A stretch of 64,000 nucleotides of DNA from Takakia lepidozioides. Taxonomy: Eukaryota > Plantae > Bryophyta. Made by a program: the position numbers and the translations under genes. The notes below the pieces were generated by a model, which did no database searches, had not been told where the DNA came from, and saw nothing but the letters and a program-made list of their open reading frames with translations. Shown in pieces: positions 1 to 12,309 of this stretch (within the stretch, counting starts at the first letter, position 1; each line of letters begins with the position of its first letter). The DNA lies in contig CM060732.1 of NCBI GenBank assembly GCA_030704615.1, positions 64,976,001 to 65,040,000 of the forward strand. Direction: 5' to 3'.

Positions 1-611
1 GCCCATGACCAAACTCGCTACCTCCTTGGTTTTGGTGTGGATGTGCCCGTGAACAACTTGGAAGGCAATTAACTCCTTCAACATGGTGCCTGCCTTAGAC
101 CAGTACCTCGCAAAATGATGATCCTCAATAAGCTGATTTATTGCAAGAACCTTAGTCTGAGTGGCCACTGGCAACTAAATGCGCATTATTTGGTAGTAAT
201 GTGGAAATGATTGCGGAGGACCAAATTCGTTCCAAGCCAAATCCAAGGTATCTGGAATTTTGTTGAATGGCATGATCATTGCTCGATTGTATTCACGTGC
301 AGCAGGAGTCTTGGGTGGGTTGAAAGCAGCATTTCCCCATACCTCAGGTTGTGCGACAGTTGTTATGATAGGTTTAGTGACCTGTACAGCCACCTGCTGT
401 AATATTGGTGCCATTGGTGCTTCCACCACTGGCATCACCTGCACTTCTTGCGAAGAAGACTAAAAAACGAGAGTTCTGGCCCTCAAATATACATCCATCG
501 GGTGTTCTTCAGGAATCATGAGTCTTTTATCAATATTGGAAGTCAAGTCATCGACTTGAGTCTGCAGGTTATCCACATCCTCCTGTAGCTCTGCTATCCT
601 ACTATAGACAT

Positions 612-696
612 TGTCGTGCGCATACGTATCGTAACACAACTACATCGCTGTCCAAACCACACCACACATATATGCACAATAAAATAGTCTACCACA
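612..696 (-). repeat. Repeat B2 (85 bp, 3' terminal) of copy 1
   Basis: Direct copy of 1057-1141; reads TGTGG...CGACA on the minus strand. Confidence 0.95.
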
Positions 697-699
697 ATA

Positions 700-1054
700 G
701 ATAAGAAAGCTTGAAAGGACACACACTCTCAACACAAGAAATATGAAATCCCTCAACATCACTCGTTAAAACAGAAGTCGAGCCAGGGGCACCCCAAGCT
801 GTGGGGACTCCACCCCACAACAACCTACACTCCCATCATGAGCACACTCAGTCCTAAACGATGCAGGAGCTCGGTCGCGCAGGCTCAACTCGAGAGAGAT
901 GAGCCGTGCGACTGCCGCTCTCGTGAAGATAAGACGGGTCAGGTGTCAAACTAAACTTGACACCTGATTTAACACTTGACCTAAATCCAAGTGTTAAATA
1001 CAAATAACTAGCTTTATTCTAGCTAGTTTCACACTGTACTTATTTAACTTGACA
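700..1054 (-). repeat. Repeat A2 (~355 bp) of copy 1
   Basis: Direct copy of 11953-12309 with a few substitutions and an indel. Confidence 0.95.
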
Positions 1055-1056
1055 GC

Positions 1057-1141
1057 TGTCGTGCGCATACGTATCGCAACACAACTACATCGCTGTCCAA
1101 ACCACACCACACATATATGCACAATAAAATAGTCTACCACA
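1057..1141 (-). repeat. Repeat B1 of copy 1 (start of the intact B-GC-A 3' LTR)
   Basis: Follows the PPT; joined to A2 by GC, giving the palindrome GACAGCTGTC at 1051-1060. Confidence 0.95.
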
Positions 1142-1143
1142 AT

Positions 1144-1152
1144 CGCCCCCCT
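1144..1152 (-). other. Polypurine tract (AGGGGGGCG) of copy 1
   Basis: G-run followed by AT and then the TG start of B1, the canonical PPT position. Confidence 0.75.
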
Positions 1153-1401
1153 AGCTGGTGGATAGGTCCCTCTACCTCCAGATAGCTACAAGACGTAATA
1201 GCCATAGCCGTACTAAGTCCTCTATCACTGTCCCTATCGTACTCAAACTCTATAGACCAAGAGGCCGGGTACAAGAGTAGCCCCATCGTTAGTCGCCGTC
1301 TTGCAATCTGTGAACTTGAGCCAGGACCTCGTGTGTTCAAGGTCTCCTAGTAGCTGGGCCTTGCGTTTCTTGTTAGCCTTCCATGGTTGTATCCACTCCC
1401 A

Positions 1402-2982
1402 CTATCCAATGCAATGTGGACATAACCAATCCCCATCCGGAACCATCTCAAGAGGTGGAGTCAAGCATCCCATATGCCAACCTCTAGAGCATCGATCACA
1501 CACCAGCATGGTGGCTGCCCCTCTAGCAGACCCACACAACATGCACCTCAAACCTGCAGATACCACTGCCCAGTTTGGGTCTATCCTGCAATCGACATTC
1601 GGAAGGTGACATGGCGTACAATTACGCACATGGTCCTTCCAAGTTATGCCATCCCAACCCTCCAAGACCAAGACTCCTGAGGGCAAGACCTCTCGAACCC
1701 TCAGAATAACACGTCTTGCAGTCACATCCAAGGTCGTAGGAGCAGTTTGCTGCAGATAGACATAGTCACCAGGGTTGAATCTCCGAACCCCAGGACGATA
1801 GCCCCCACCACGTATGGTAGCATACCTCAACGTATCACGGTGTTGTGCAATGGCAAGGTTCTCGAAAGCCATGGGCATGACTCTCTTGAACAACTCTGCA
1901 CGCTGCTCACATGCACGTGCCCACACGTCCGGATCGTCAAGGTTAAGAACTGTAGCAGCTTCTCTGCGAATGGATGTAGGCAAATCCGGCTCTGGGCCAA
2001 AGAGAAGAAAGTATGGTGAGAAGGAGGCAAGTGACGCTTGCTTGCTGAACCTGTAGCCCATGGCTAACCAGGGTAACTGAAGGTCCCAATCTCCTAGGTG
2101 TCCCTTCTGCAAGCCATACTTGCGCAAACCCCTCTTTACTGTCTGAACAACTCTCTCTACCAAGCCATCGGCCTCGGGATGATCCCGAGAAGTGGTGCGG
2201 TGGTCTATCAAGGCTTTGTCACACAAAGCCTGAAACTCCCCCAAGAACTCTCTCCCTTGGTCCGTGAGTACCTCAGCTGGAGCACCGAATCGGCTAAGCA
2301 CACAATCCAAGAATGCATACGCAGCTCCCTCACTAGCCTTATGAGGCAATGGAACCAATTCAATCCACTTGGAGAAGTGCTCCACCATCACCAACACGTA
2401 CTTGTTGTGGCGCATGGTCAGTGGCAATGGCCCTGCGAAGTCAAGACTCCACCTATAGCCCAATCCCATGATCGGAAGAGGGTGCAATTGTGGAGTAGGG
2501 GCGTTGAATGAAGCACGCACCCTGTCACACACCATGCACCTAGCCACAAATTGTTGCACCTCTGTGTGCATACCACGCCACCAATACTGCCCCTGCAGTA
2601 GACTATGAGTGCGTCGCACCCCAAAATGCCCCAACTCCTCATGGGCATGGCGCACTAACCGTGCCCGCTGTGTTGGGTGAGGCACAATCCTCACTCGACC
2701 ATCCTCCCACACTCGGAGCAGGTGTGTCCCCTCCCACTTGAACCTCTTGGCTCGTTGTAGGATCCGATCCCTCTCCTTGGCAGTCACAGTGGCTGCCGTG
2801 TCTCCAGTGCGGAGGTAGTCCAACACAACTGAATCCTCATGTATATCTTTGGCGCCACCTTGCTCATTGCTGGCCTCAGGGTCCTCAGACACTTGATCTA
2901 CAGTCATCCCTGTTGCAGGTCCAACTTGGCCTTCTGCTGCCAAGATACACAGAAATGCAGATACATGCCATCCGGGCACCAT
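1402..2982 (-). CDS. Integrase with C-terminal PHD finger (pol 3' part, copy 1)
   Basis: HHCC (HEELGH...CMVC), DDE (SLDFAGP, LTDQGREF, GLVER), and C4HC3 PHD CMLC...CDRC...HMGC...WLCPHC. Confidence 0.93.
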   Translation of the reverse strand: MVPGWHVSAFLCILAAEGQVGPATGMTVDQVSEDPEASNEQGGAKDIHEDSVVLDYLRTGDTAATVTAKERDRILQRAKRFKWEGTHLLRVWEDGRVRIVPHPTQRARLVRHAHEELGHFGVRRTHSLLQGQYWWRGMHTEVQQFVARCMVCDRVRASFNAPTPQLHPLPIMGLGYRWSLDFAGPLPLTMRHNKYVLVMVEHFSKWIELVPLPHKASEGAAYAFLDCVLSRFGAPAEVLTDQGREFLGEFQALCDKALIDHRTTSRDHPEADGLVERVVQTVKRGLRKYGLQKGHLGDWDLQLPWLAMGYRFSKQASLASFSPYFLLFGPEPDLPTSIRREAATVLNLDDPDVWARACEQRAELFKRVMPMAFENLAIAQHRDTLRYATIRGGGYRPGVRRFNPGDYVYLQQTAPTTLDVTARRVILRVREVLPSGVLVLEGWDGITWKDHVRNCTPCHLPNVDCRIDPNWAVVSAGLRCMLCGSARGAATMLVCDRCSRGWHMGCLTPPLEMVPDGDWLCPHCIG

Positions 2983-3027
2983 CTGCTCGTCCGTCTCACC
3001 ATGCCACCGAGCTCCAGTGTCATCCTG

Positions 3028-4367
3028 CTAGCTCGTGCATGGATTGCGACTCAACCCATCTGCATTGCGATTGACCAAACCCGGTCGATGCACCACCTGA
3101 AAGTCATACTCTTGAAGGATGAGTGCCCACCGTGCAAGCTTCCCCGTAAGCTTGTCTGACTCCATCAACCATTTGAGTGGTTGGTGATCCGTGACAAGGG
3201 TGAAGAGATTGTCGTATAGATAGCACCTGAAGTGTGCCACGGCCCACACTGCAGCTAAGCATTCTCCCTTATATGAGCTATACTTAGACTCTGCAGCATT
3301 GTTCGAGCGGCTAGAATAAGCCACTACGAACTCTCTTCCCTCATCATCCACCTGTGTGAGCACCGCTCCAAGCCCCTGCATGCTCCAATCTGTATGCAAC
3401 TGAAAAGGACGCCCCCTGATAGGTCGTCTCAAGATGGACGCCGAGGTCAACCTCGCCTTGAGCTCTTGAAAAGCTTGTTCTTGCTCATCTTCCCACTGCC
3501 ACTCCTGGTCCACCTTGGTCAGCTTGGTTAGAGCCTTTGCAATGGCACTGAATCCATTAACAAACCATATGTAATAGTTTGCTAACCCCATGAAAGCTCG
3601 AACTCGGCTCACATCCGTGGGGCGTGGAACCTGTGCAATGGACTCTACCTTAGTCTGCTGTATCCCCAATCCTCCAGGATATATCATGTGACCCAGACAC
3701 TGTGGAAAAACTTGCACTTGCCCTGATGTAACTTCAATCCGTGCGTCCTTAAGCGCTCAAATACCCCCTGAAGGTGTCTCTCATGCTCCTCCACCGTAGC
3801 AGTAAAGATGATGATGTCATCTATGTAGCACCGAGCAAACTCCACCCCTGCTAGAATCCTGTCCATGACTCTTTGAAACTCAGCGGGAGCGTTTTTAAGC
3901 CCAAATGGTAAGAACCGCCACTGGTATAGGCAATCCTTCCCGTGCTCATTGATCCCCTAGAATGCCGTCTTTTGCTTATCCGCCTCCTTGATCGGCAACT
4001 GGTGATATCCGGATAGTAAATCCAACGTGCTAAAGACCTTGGAATGCCCAATGGCATCAAAGATCTCCTCTGGTGTTGGCATGGCATACCTATCGGACTT
4101 GGTCTGACAATTTACAGGCCGGTAATCACCGCACATACGTCTCTCCGTCCAATTGCCATAGACATCCTTCTTAGCTGGCATCACTGTGGCTGAAGCATAC
4201 TCTCCACCAGAGAACTCCACCAAACCTGCCTCCCAGAGATCTTGAGTCCTCAACTGAATCAAAGACCTCTCCATGTCACTGTATCTATAGGGTCTTCGAA
4301 AGATTGGCGTATCAGTGGCCAACTCAATACGGATCTCTTGACCCTTCAGTGCTCCCAAGTCCTTCAA
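3028..4367 (-). pseudogene. Reverse transcriptase and RNase H (copy 1, disrupted)
   Basis: RMCGDYRPVN, FSTLDLLSGYHQ, LPFGLKNAP, CYIDDIII, LHTDWS, TDHQPL, NADGLSR; one premature stop and a frameshift. Confidence 0.93.
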
Positions 4368-4819
4368 ACTGAAGGCAAAGCAATTCCTGTAAGCCCTCAG
4401 GAACCGCCGTATACGTCGTCTCTCTCCTCCGGTGACAATGGGTCCAATGTCAGGCTCCCAATTGTCCTCCGTAACTGCAACCTTAAGTCCAGTGGGCTTA
4501 GAGGTAGAGGACGCGTCCCGTGGTTGCTATGCTGCAACCTCTTGAGCAACACCCCCTTCCTGCTCAGTCAATGACAAGGCCTCATTCTGCCCCATCATCT
4601 CATCATTGAGAACCTCCTCAACCCGAGAAGAATCCCCAACCTCATCCATCACAGCTGCCTTGGCTGCCAACTCCCTCTGAACCTCGAGCACCTCCCACGT
4701 GTGCCATGGATGTCTACACCCCGTGGTCCTCACCGGCTCGCCCCCACTCGCTGCCTGTACCGTCTCGGTAGGCAGAGAGACCATGAAGGGGAGTGCACTC
4801 CGCACTCTACGTTGCTCAG

Positions 4820-5790
4820 CCATAGCCAAGCTGATAATCCAGGTCAAGCAATTGAGATCCATTGCTTGCCCCAACACCTGACGACGTGATGCCTAAGAAA
4901 GAGAAGGCACCGCCGTGGTCCCAGTGGAAAACCCCATAGCCCGCTCTTGCTCGTCGGCATTAGGCTCCACTAACTGCTGCAACTGAGCATCCACAGGAGG
5001 CCAGGTCCACCATCCCGAAAAGCATGGGATCCTGGGAAGCTGAGCAGTGTAGGTAATGCTGCTCGTGGTTGACCCACCCTGTTGACCACTGCCAAAGGCG
5101 AACGGTCATCGTGTCTCACATGTTGAGACTGCCTCCCTGTGTCCAAAATGCCATCCACGGTGAGGTGTGCTGGCCGCTGCACCCCATCAAATGCACGCTT
5201 GAGCAGTGCGGGTGGCATCAAATTAGTCCACCATAGTCGTGGACGATGAGCCCGTGATCCCACTCCAGCTGCATCCAGCAGCACTGCTGACCCAAGCCAC
5301 GACCGGACTTGATGCACACTGGCCATCACCCTGGCCCAAGAATCGCCCATCAGTGGCACATTCTCCAAGATGTATGCTGGCGATACAGCTTGATGAAGCT
5401 GCAAGTGGCGCAAAATCCGCACCATCTCCCAAAACAGACCCGTCCTCGAGTCTCGCAATCCATTGCCATGCCCGGCTGATGAATGCCCTTGGCAGGGCCA
5501 ACCTGCAACTACCAGATCAATGGAGCCAACGTGCTCCAAATCCGGCGCCCCCAGCAACGAAATGTCTGCTGGCAAGGCTTGTTGGAATCCACAAACTGCA
5601 GACACTCGCAACAAAGCAGGGTACTGCTGTACCAACTGAGCAACATGGCGCAGTGAGACGCGTCGTGCAGTCTCATCCCTCTCCACATACAGGTAACGCC
5701 TTACCGCACACATGCCTGTAGCACAGCAGCCAATCCGGTGCTGATCCCGCCAAACAAGTCCAAAAGGCAAATGCCTTCATCCGGATACTG
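4820..5790 (-). pseudogene. C5 cytosine DNA methyltransferase domain (DNMT3/DRM-like, unpermuted motif order) inside the retroelement polyprotein
   Basis: Motif I LLDLFGGISTG, II YLYVERD, IV IDLVVAGWPCQG, VI YILENV, VIII AHRPRLWWTNL, IX EQERAMGF, X RRQVLGQAMD; two frameshifts and one stop. Confidence 0.92.
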
Positions 5791-5903
5791 CCACACAATA
5801 GGTGGGTATCCAATGGTGACAATTGAGGTGGTCCTGGTGCAATACCCGCACTCTCCTCCTCTCATGACGGTACAAAAGCCTCTACCCAGGTTTGTTGCAC
5901 CCG

Positions 5904-8515
5904 TCAATCAGCAACCTGCTGCAAATCCTTGCTCGTACCCCACAATGGAGTGTGAGCAACCATGGCAGGCAACTCCGCCATACCATGTATGTCATTCTGC
6001 TCTGCTGGAGGTGGCACATCCTCTGCATGGGCATTACCTTCCAGCAACTCTCCAGGCCAACTAACTGCAGCTGTAAAGGCGGCTAGTGTTGGCATCTTGC
6101 CCGCTGGGCAGCCGCTATACCCCCAATGAATGTCACAGGGAGCTGTGCACGGCGACCATCGCCTGACTGCCATCCAGGCCTATAGGATGCTGACTCCTCC
6201 CAAAAGTCTAGGGTGAAGCCCATGGGGTATAACACTGCCCCACCAACGAGGACATCGTAAGAGACCGTGTCTGTCACAATGGCCGAGCCTCGCATTACTG
6301 AGCCATCGATAGGATGATCCGGCTGCAGTCTAATGGCCAACTGATGCCGTGTCATGCCCTGAGCCTACTCTGATCCTCCCAGAGATGTATATATCTGGAA
6401 AGGACAAGGCTCCATATCCGCCTCCATGAGGCCCAAACCTGCAATAGCAGCTCTGCCCAACATCAGTGGCTGAGCTCCCGAGTCCAACAAGACCCGCAGT
6501 GGCCGGTACTTCTTGCCTGCCGGTCCACTCAAAGTGAAAATGCCTCCCTGGTTGTCTAACAAGACAACTCCAGGTGTCACCATGGCGCGCTCAAAGGCTA
6601 GCCTAGCTGGCAGCTCCGTCAACCTGGCAGCTGCAGCTTGCCAGGGCGCAGCCGTGGCAGTCTTGACCCTCAAATCCGAGGATCCCTCTGCCACTACACC
6701 TTCCACTAACTCCGCAGAAGATGAAGTGACCTCCCCACTCTCACAGAGTGTTGCTGCTAGTCTGAACACTGCAGCAGGCCTCACCCCCGGCGTCGCAATC
6801 ATGGTTGCCGAGAACAATGGGGCTTGACACACAGAGGTGGCTGCCCCTAATAACACACCGGCTGCACTAGCCTTGGTAGCGGGTACAGTGCTGCACGTGT
6901 AGCTCTCCCCAATGGCATAGTAACCTCCGCCGGTAACAGTCGGGCGAGAACTAGGTGCCATGGATGGCGTCGACACAGTCTCCGCCAATGTGAATGACTG
7001 AGGAAGCCTCGCCTGACGGCTTGCCTCCCCACGCTGTGGATCCAATTCCACCTCTGCACCTCGTGGCTCAGGAACTCGTGCTGCTCCTGGAGTCACGGCT
7101 GCAGCAGACTCCACCTGCTCTAGTGGTAGTGCTGCTCCGCACATGAATCCCATGCCTCCCATATCTCCTCCCTCAGGAGCAGGAGGTGGAACCATCCCGC
7201 CTGGGAGCCGGTACCGCTGAGCTATAGCCATGGCAGCGAGCCTCTGCTCTAGGTGCTGAAGCCGATTGGCCATGCCTTGGTCAACACCCTGACCTCCGCG
7301 TCCTTGGCCATGTGGAGCTTGCCCTTGGCCTGCACCTCGTGCCCGACCACCTCGTCCTCTTTGGGGGTCCACCTCGCCCCGGCCACCATTGTTCCCTTGG
7401 AACTGGCCTGGGCGCAACTCAGGATGCAAGTCATAACACTGGGCATCTCCATGCCCATACTTGCCACAATGCCCACACTGCAACTGTGCAGGTTGCGCTT
7501 GTGCCGGCCTTCTGCCCCGTGCAGGCATGTCCTTGCCAAATCCAATTGTAACAACTCGCTCCTCCACCATGTTGAGCTCAATCCGCTCAGCCAGCAGAAA
7601 CACATCTGCTAATGTGGGTTGGGCTGCTTGTAACAGGGTTGCATCTCGCACCCTTCTCTTGAGCTCCTTGTCCAGAATTCCATACCAAAACTCGATTGCT
7701 GAGCTTCAGTAACCCCTTGGGTCACACTTATCAAGCGCCTCATACGAGTGTACGCCTCTCGCAGGCTCTCACTGGGTTTGCGCTGGAAGTCTTGCAAACT
7801 TCGCAGCTTCTCTGTTCGTACACCTTGGTAGTTCCTCCGCAACTCCTGGAAGAACTCCACCACCGGGTTGAATCTAGGCACATGTGTTGTAGTCGTGGCA
7901 GGAGGAGTAGTAGCACCTTTTGAACTGGTAGCACCTACAGAAGTACCAGCACTACTTGTTCCACTACTAGTGCTGGCAGTGGGAGATATGCGTACTGATG
8001 CAGCTACTGGTCGCGTCGTGCCTCGAGTAATGGAGACGTAGTCAGGTGACCAATACATCATCCACTCCTCAATCTCTGCTTCATGTCCTCGCCTGAACTC
8101 GTGGTAATCGTCCATAGGCGGGCCTTCCAAATGCTGGAACAGTCCCTTCCACGCCATGAATGGGGTGAATAGCTGTGGATTGCGCATCTGCTGCAAATCA
8201 CACCAGCTGTCAAACTCCTGGATAAAGTAATCAACTCGATTGTGCCCACAGCTCCAGAGTACCTACGAGGCCCCTTGGTAGCTCCATACATCTCCTCCAT
8301 GTCGTCCCACAACAATGGCGAATGAAACTGCACACCTATTGATGAAGCCTCTGAGTTGTGTCTGACTCTGCACTAGCTGAGGGTGGAGGTGGAGGTGGTC
8401 TGAAACGAACACCTCGTCTGGTGAACCCACTCTCACTGCTACTGCCTGTAGCCGTGTTCCCCTCAGAACCCTGGGTAACTCCGTGTGACACTCACAATGT
8501 GCACCTCCTCCACGT
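5904..8515 (-). pseudogene. Gag with zinc knuckle plus aspartic protease (copy 1, frameshifted)
   Basis: Gag-like QRKPSESLREAYTRM, knuckle CGHCGKYGHGDAQC, RG-rich tract, protease VLLDSGAQ...DVLVG. Confidence 0.88.
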
Positions 8516-9032
8516 GACACTATAAGGCTCTAGTACTAATAATAGTGACACGGGTGGGCACCTGTTGCAGTTTAAGGGTCATATCCCAATGGCTCAGGGC
8601 ACCTGCACCTGCATCCACCGCAAGAACTCCTATGGTTGGCTGGTCATCAACCCAGCCTCACCATAGAAGAAGAAACACTGGTGGTCTTGCTGGTCATCAC
8701 TCTAGCCTCACCACCGACAGCATACTCTAGGATTGACCGGTGATCAAATCCGGCCTAATCCCTATGAAAGCAAGCGCCCACACAAAACCAACATGGCGCA
8801 CAGTCAAGCATGCAGATGTTGGGGGAATCCAAACACAAGAAATCAAAACATCAACACCCCCACACCAAAATCCAGCTGCAATGCTGATCCTGCAGAATAG
8901 CCCAGCCTAAAACCCCGGACTGACTGGCCTCCACCAAGAGAGGCTTTGGCAACTACAAGTACAAGGTAATGAAAATAGTACAGAGATGGAGGGGAAGAAT
9001 AGAAGCCCGACCAAGCAAGATCTAATCCTGAT

Positions 9033-9778
9033 CTATGCTATCAACTGCCAGACTTCTCTCAAAGTGCCTCGCTCTGCATGATGGTAAGGTGTAGGAGGTA
9101 TATCTATGTCCAGAAACCTGCCACTAACCTTGTCCCAAGCTACAGTAGCTCGCTCTAACCAACCCTCCTCCTCTTTCTGCTAGGTAGAGACAAAGCAATA
9201 CTCCCTATCTCCCGCTCACTGAATACTAAAGAAAACAAAGGTAGGGTCTGATAGTCTCTCAACTCGAAAGCTTTGAGACGGTGCGGGTGTCCTCATTGCG
9301 AATGACTGCATCTCCTTCACGCACAACAAACATGTCATGCTGATGAACCCCCGCTCGTGGTTGCCCTGTGCAGAGCGTATCCGGCTGCAACCATGTCTGA
9401 TTGCACAAACTTGTGTAGCTCCTGCTCCTCAGCTCCAGTACACCACGGCCTTGTGGCTGAACACCTTGGTCCCCGGGGCTGTCTTTGGCTGTGTTCCAAG
9501 CCTAGCTTTCACCCACTTTGGTATTTCAGCTACAGCTGCAGAACTGCTGGCTCCAACAGAGTTCTGACTGTCCAAGGCGATATTGAGGCCCTCAACGCCA
9601 ACTACAGCAGTTTGTTGTCCACTACTAATGCCTGACTCCCAGTATGCAATCAACTCGTCCAACTGTTCTCCACTCAAATCAGTCTGAGTTCCTTGGGAAA
9701 CATAAATCTTGTCCCCTTGGTGCACAGGCTAAGAGAAGAGACCTGCCCTTCAATCACGTCCTCATTTCCCCCAGCCAT
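9033..9778 (-). pseudogene. Extra ORF upstream of gag (unknown function), copy 1
   Basis: Near-identical to 20954-21703; no recognised motif. Confidence 0.5.
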
Positions 9779-11199
9779 ACAAGGAGTACATCCCCAGATT
9801 TATCTCTCATGTAGACCAGAACAGGTTCTAGAAACAGGATTGTGGATCTTTCATGGCACATTCACACTCTAAAAATTCCATAGATTTTTAGCAGAGTCCC
9901 AAAAACAAAAAAAAAACCAGGTCTAGATAGGTAGATATCCCCTTTCTGCAGCTATCCCCTCAAAAACTGAGTCAAACGGAGCTCATTTGACAAAGATATG
10001 ACCAACCAGGCTCTATAAACATAACACTTTTTTTCTTTTTAAAAAATAAAATAAAAAATAAGACAAAACAAATACAAAGAAAGAAAACTCTATTGTCTTG
10101 GTTCCCTGTTCCCTGGTTCCCTGTTCCTGTATATGTGCCCAAAGTTCTAAATTGGTACCAGTGGATCTTAGGTATTGTTCATATTCGCCTGGCAGCCGTT
10201 GTCTCTGTGGCGAACGCAGCCCGCCAGTCTCCCGCAATCCTGTCAGCTCAACTTGAGCAACACAGATCGTTCTCGTGCAGGCACCATGATAGCTCCAAAA
10301 CTATGGGCGGCCCAGGAAGACGACGTCTCCTCACTTAATGAGAACGTTGAGTGCAAAAGGGACAATGGTATAACGGACAGCTGAAAGCGGCTCACAGTAA
10401 GGCCGGGGAGGCTATCTTTTGGCAAAGAAATTCAACGTTCATGCACAAACTAGTACCAACCCTGGACGAGTTCCCTGGACGCGTCTAGACTCCCCACCAA
10501 GCATGCTTGCCTTGCTGGAAAGGGCTGACCCGACCCATTCACTTCTTCAAGCACAGAAGAGAAGGAAAATCCTTGGTGACGAAGGACTTGGTGCTTGAGG
10601 TGCTGAAACTGCTTCGATGGGCCTCCCTCAACATTGGTTTGAGCCTCTTCCTTCTCAGATGCTGCCTGAGTCTGCAAATGCTGCACGCAGCATGCTCCTA
10701 ACTCCCACCTTCAATTCTTAGCTTGCATGTCTTACTTTGTCAGTCTCTTGCTTGTTGCCACTGCTGCTAGGCTGGTGATGCATATCTGCAGAGGACCAGC
10801 AGCTCCCTCCCATGTGTGGAGACCCCTTCTTGAGTCCATCCTCATCCATTGTACAGTTCTGATGTCTATCTAAGAGGTGGGAAGAGATATGGCTGGTGTT
10901 CAGGGATAAACAATGTTGCAATGAGGCAGCTGCAAGTTGCCAAATCAAAGACTTAGAAGGCCATCAGCTCCTTTGGTTGTGCCCTGTTTCTTTTACGCTC
11001 AAGCTCTCTCTGAATGGTCTCTTCCTGAGCTGACAGTGCCCAACCTGTCGACTTCTCCACATTTTCTTTCACATCTCTACCGTCAGGTTGCTCTACCGAG
11101 ACGTCGCCGCTCCCGGTTCTTCCTGTTCTTAACAACGTCCTCTGCCTCTTCAACCTTCAGCTTCTCTTCTTCTCTCATGAGAGGTTGCAATCCAGGGGT

Positions 11200-11530
11200 T
11201 CTCCCAATATTTTGCAACTTCCCATGTCATTTCCGCTGGGAACTGCACCATTCTCAGAGATCCATTTGTCTCGAATGCTTTCAAGTAGAGCTCGGTGGAC
11301 GGTTCTCATTCTGCACCTTCACATACCAGCATTGTAGCGGCTTGCGTGCAAAGTGTAGCCTCATACTCTGATAAGCCTGTCTTGAGACACCAACGTAATA
11401 TAGAATCTTTTCCTCATAAAAAATGGCATACACACTTGCCAGTCAGGTTTGCTGCAATCTGCAATCATACCCTCCTCAGTCAAGAATGCTACGAACTCGA
11501 GATCACTCAAAGATAAAGCGTTTCCACCTA
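11200..11530 (-). pseudogene. Captured fragment of a GIY-YIG domain gene (GRXS16 N-terminal/cyanobacterial-like)
   Basis: Reading across frameshifts gives LSDLEFVAFLTEEG…YYVGVSRQAYQSMRLHFARKPLQCWYVKVQ…LLESIRDKWISENGAVPSGN. Confidence 0.65.
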
Positions 11531-11936
11531 CTTGTGCCTGTCGCCTTTGCAGTGCATCTTGCTTCCGCCTATATTCTTCTTGTGCCTGGAATGTGAGCTG
11601 CCGTGTTTGTCTTGGTGTTCATTGGCTGCTGCCAGTTTTTACTTCCATGTTTCCATTATCCGAATTTGTTGTCTGCTTTCCCATCCAGATCCATGTACTC
11701 CGCAGCTTTCATCTTCTCCTTGATTTGCCTTGTGTACTCCAAAGCCTCTAGTGACTTGGTAGCTTCAGCGACTGCAACAACAGTGACGGCTCTGGCATCG
11801 TCATCCTCCAGGCGTTTCAGGGCACGCTGAATCTTGTGGTCACATTCAATGATATGTTTCTCAAACTAAGCACTACTTACACACAAGTAATCTGCAAGTG
11901 CACCCTCAAACTCCTACCTTGCACTCACAGGTAAGA

Positions 11937-11953
11937 GCTCATCTCTCTCGAGT
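11937..11953 (-). other. Self-priming primer-binding site of copy 1
   Basis: GCTCATCTCTCTCGAGT (11937-11953) is the exact reverse complement of 12143-12159 inside repeat A1; no TGG-starting tRNA PBS. Confidence 0.85.
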
Positions 11954-12309
11954 GATAAGAAAGCTTGAAAAGGACACACACTCTCAACACACGAAATGTG
12001 AAAATCCTCAACATCACTCGTTAAAACAGAAGTCGAGCCAGGGGCACCCCAAGCTGTGGGGACTCCACCCCACAACAACCTACACTCCCATCATGAGCAC
12101 ACTCAGTCCTAAACGATGCAAGAGCTCGGTCGCGCAGGCTCAACTCGAGAGAGATGAGCCGTGCGACTGCCGCTCTCGTGAAGATAAGACGGGTCAGGTG
12201 TCAAACTAAACTTGACACCTGATTTAACACTTGACCAAAATCCAAGTGTTAAATACAAATAACTAGCTTTATTCTAGCTAGTTTCACACTGTACTTATTT
12301 AACTTGACA
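11953..12309 (-). repeat. Repeat A1 (5' terminal) of copy 1
   Basis: TGTCAAGTT...TTATCA on the minus strand; copy of 700-1054. Confidence 0.95.

Larger units (their letters stand above)
612..12309 (-). mobile_element. Ty3/gypsy-type retrotransposon copy 1 with split/permuted LTR (A...B-A-B), DNMT domain and PHD finger
   Basis: Termini TGTCA...CGACA on the minus strand. 4-bp TSD ACAT (608-611 and 12310-12313). The interrupted reading frame rejoins across the insertion (…TTIDN|VYSRIAEL…). Gag, PR, DNMT, RT, RH, IN and PHD motifs occur in order. Near-identical to 18466-29645. Confidence 0.95.

Noticed and set aside
612-12309. DIRS/Ngaro tyrosine-recombinase retrotransposon, suggested by the split direct repeats and a methyltransferase
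   Set aside because: No tyrosine recombinase motifs. It has a DDE integrase with HHCC, a protease and 4-bp TSDs, and the MTase is C5-cytosine type rather than the adenine-MTase-like domain of DIRS1.
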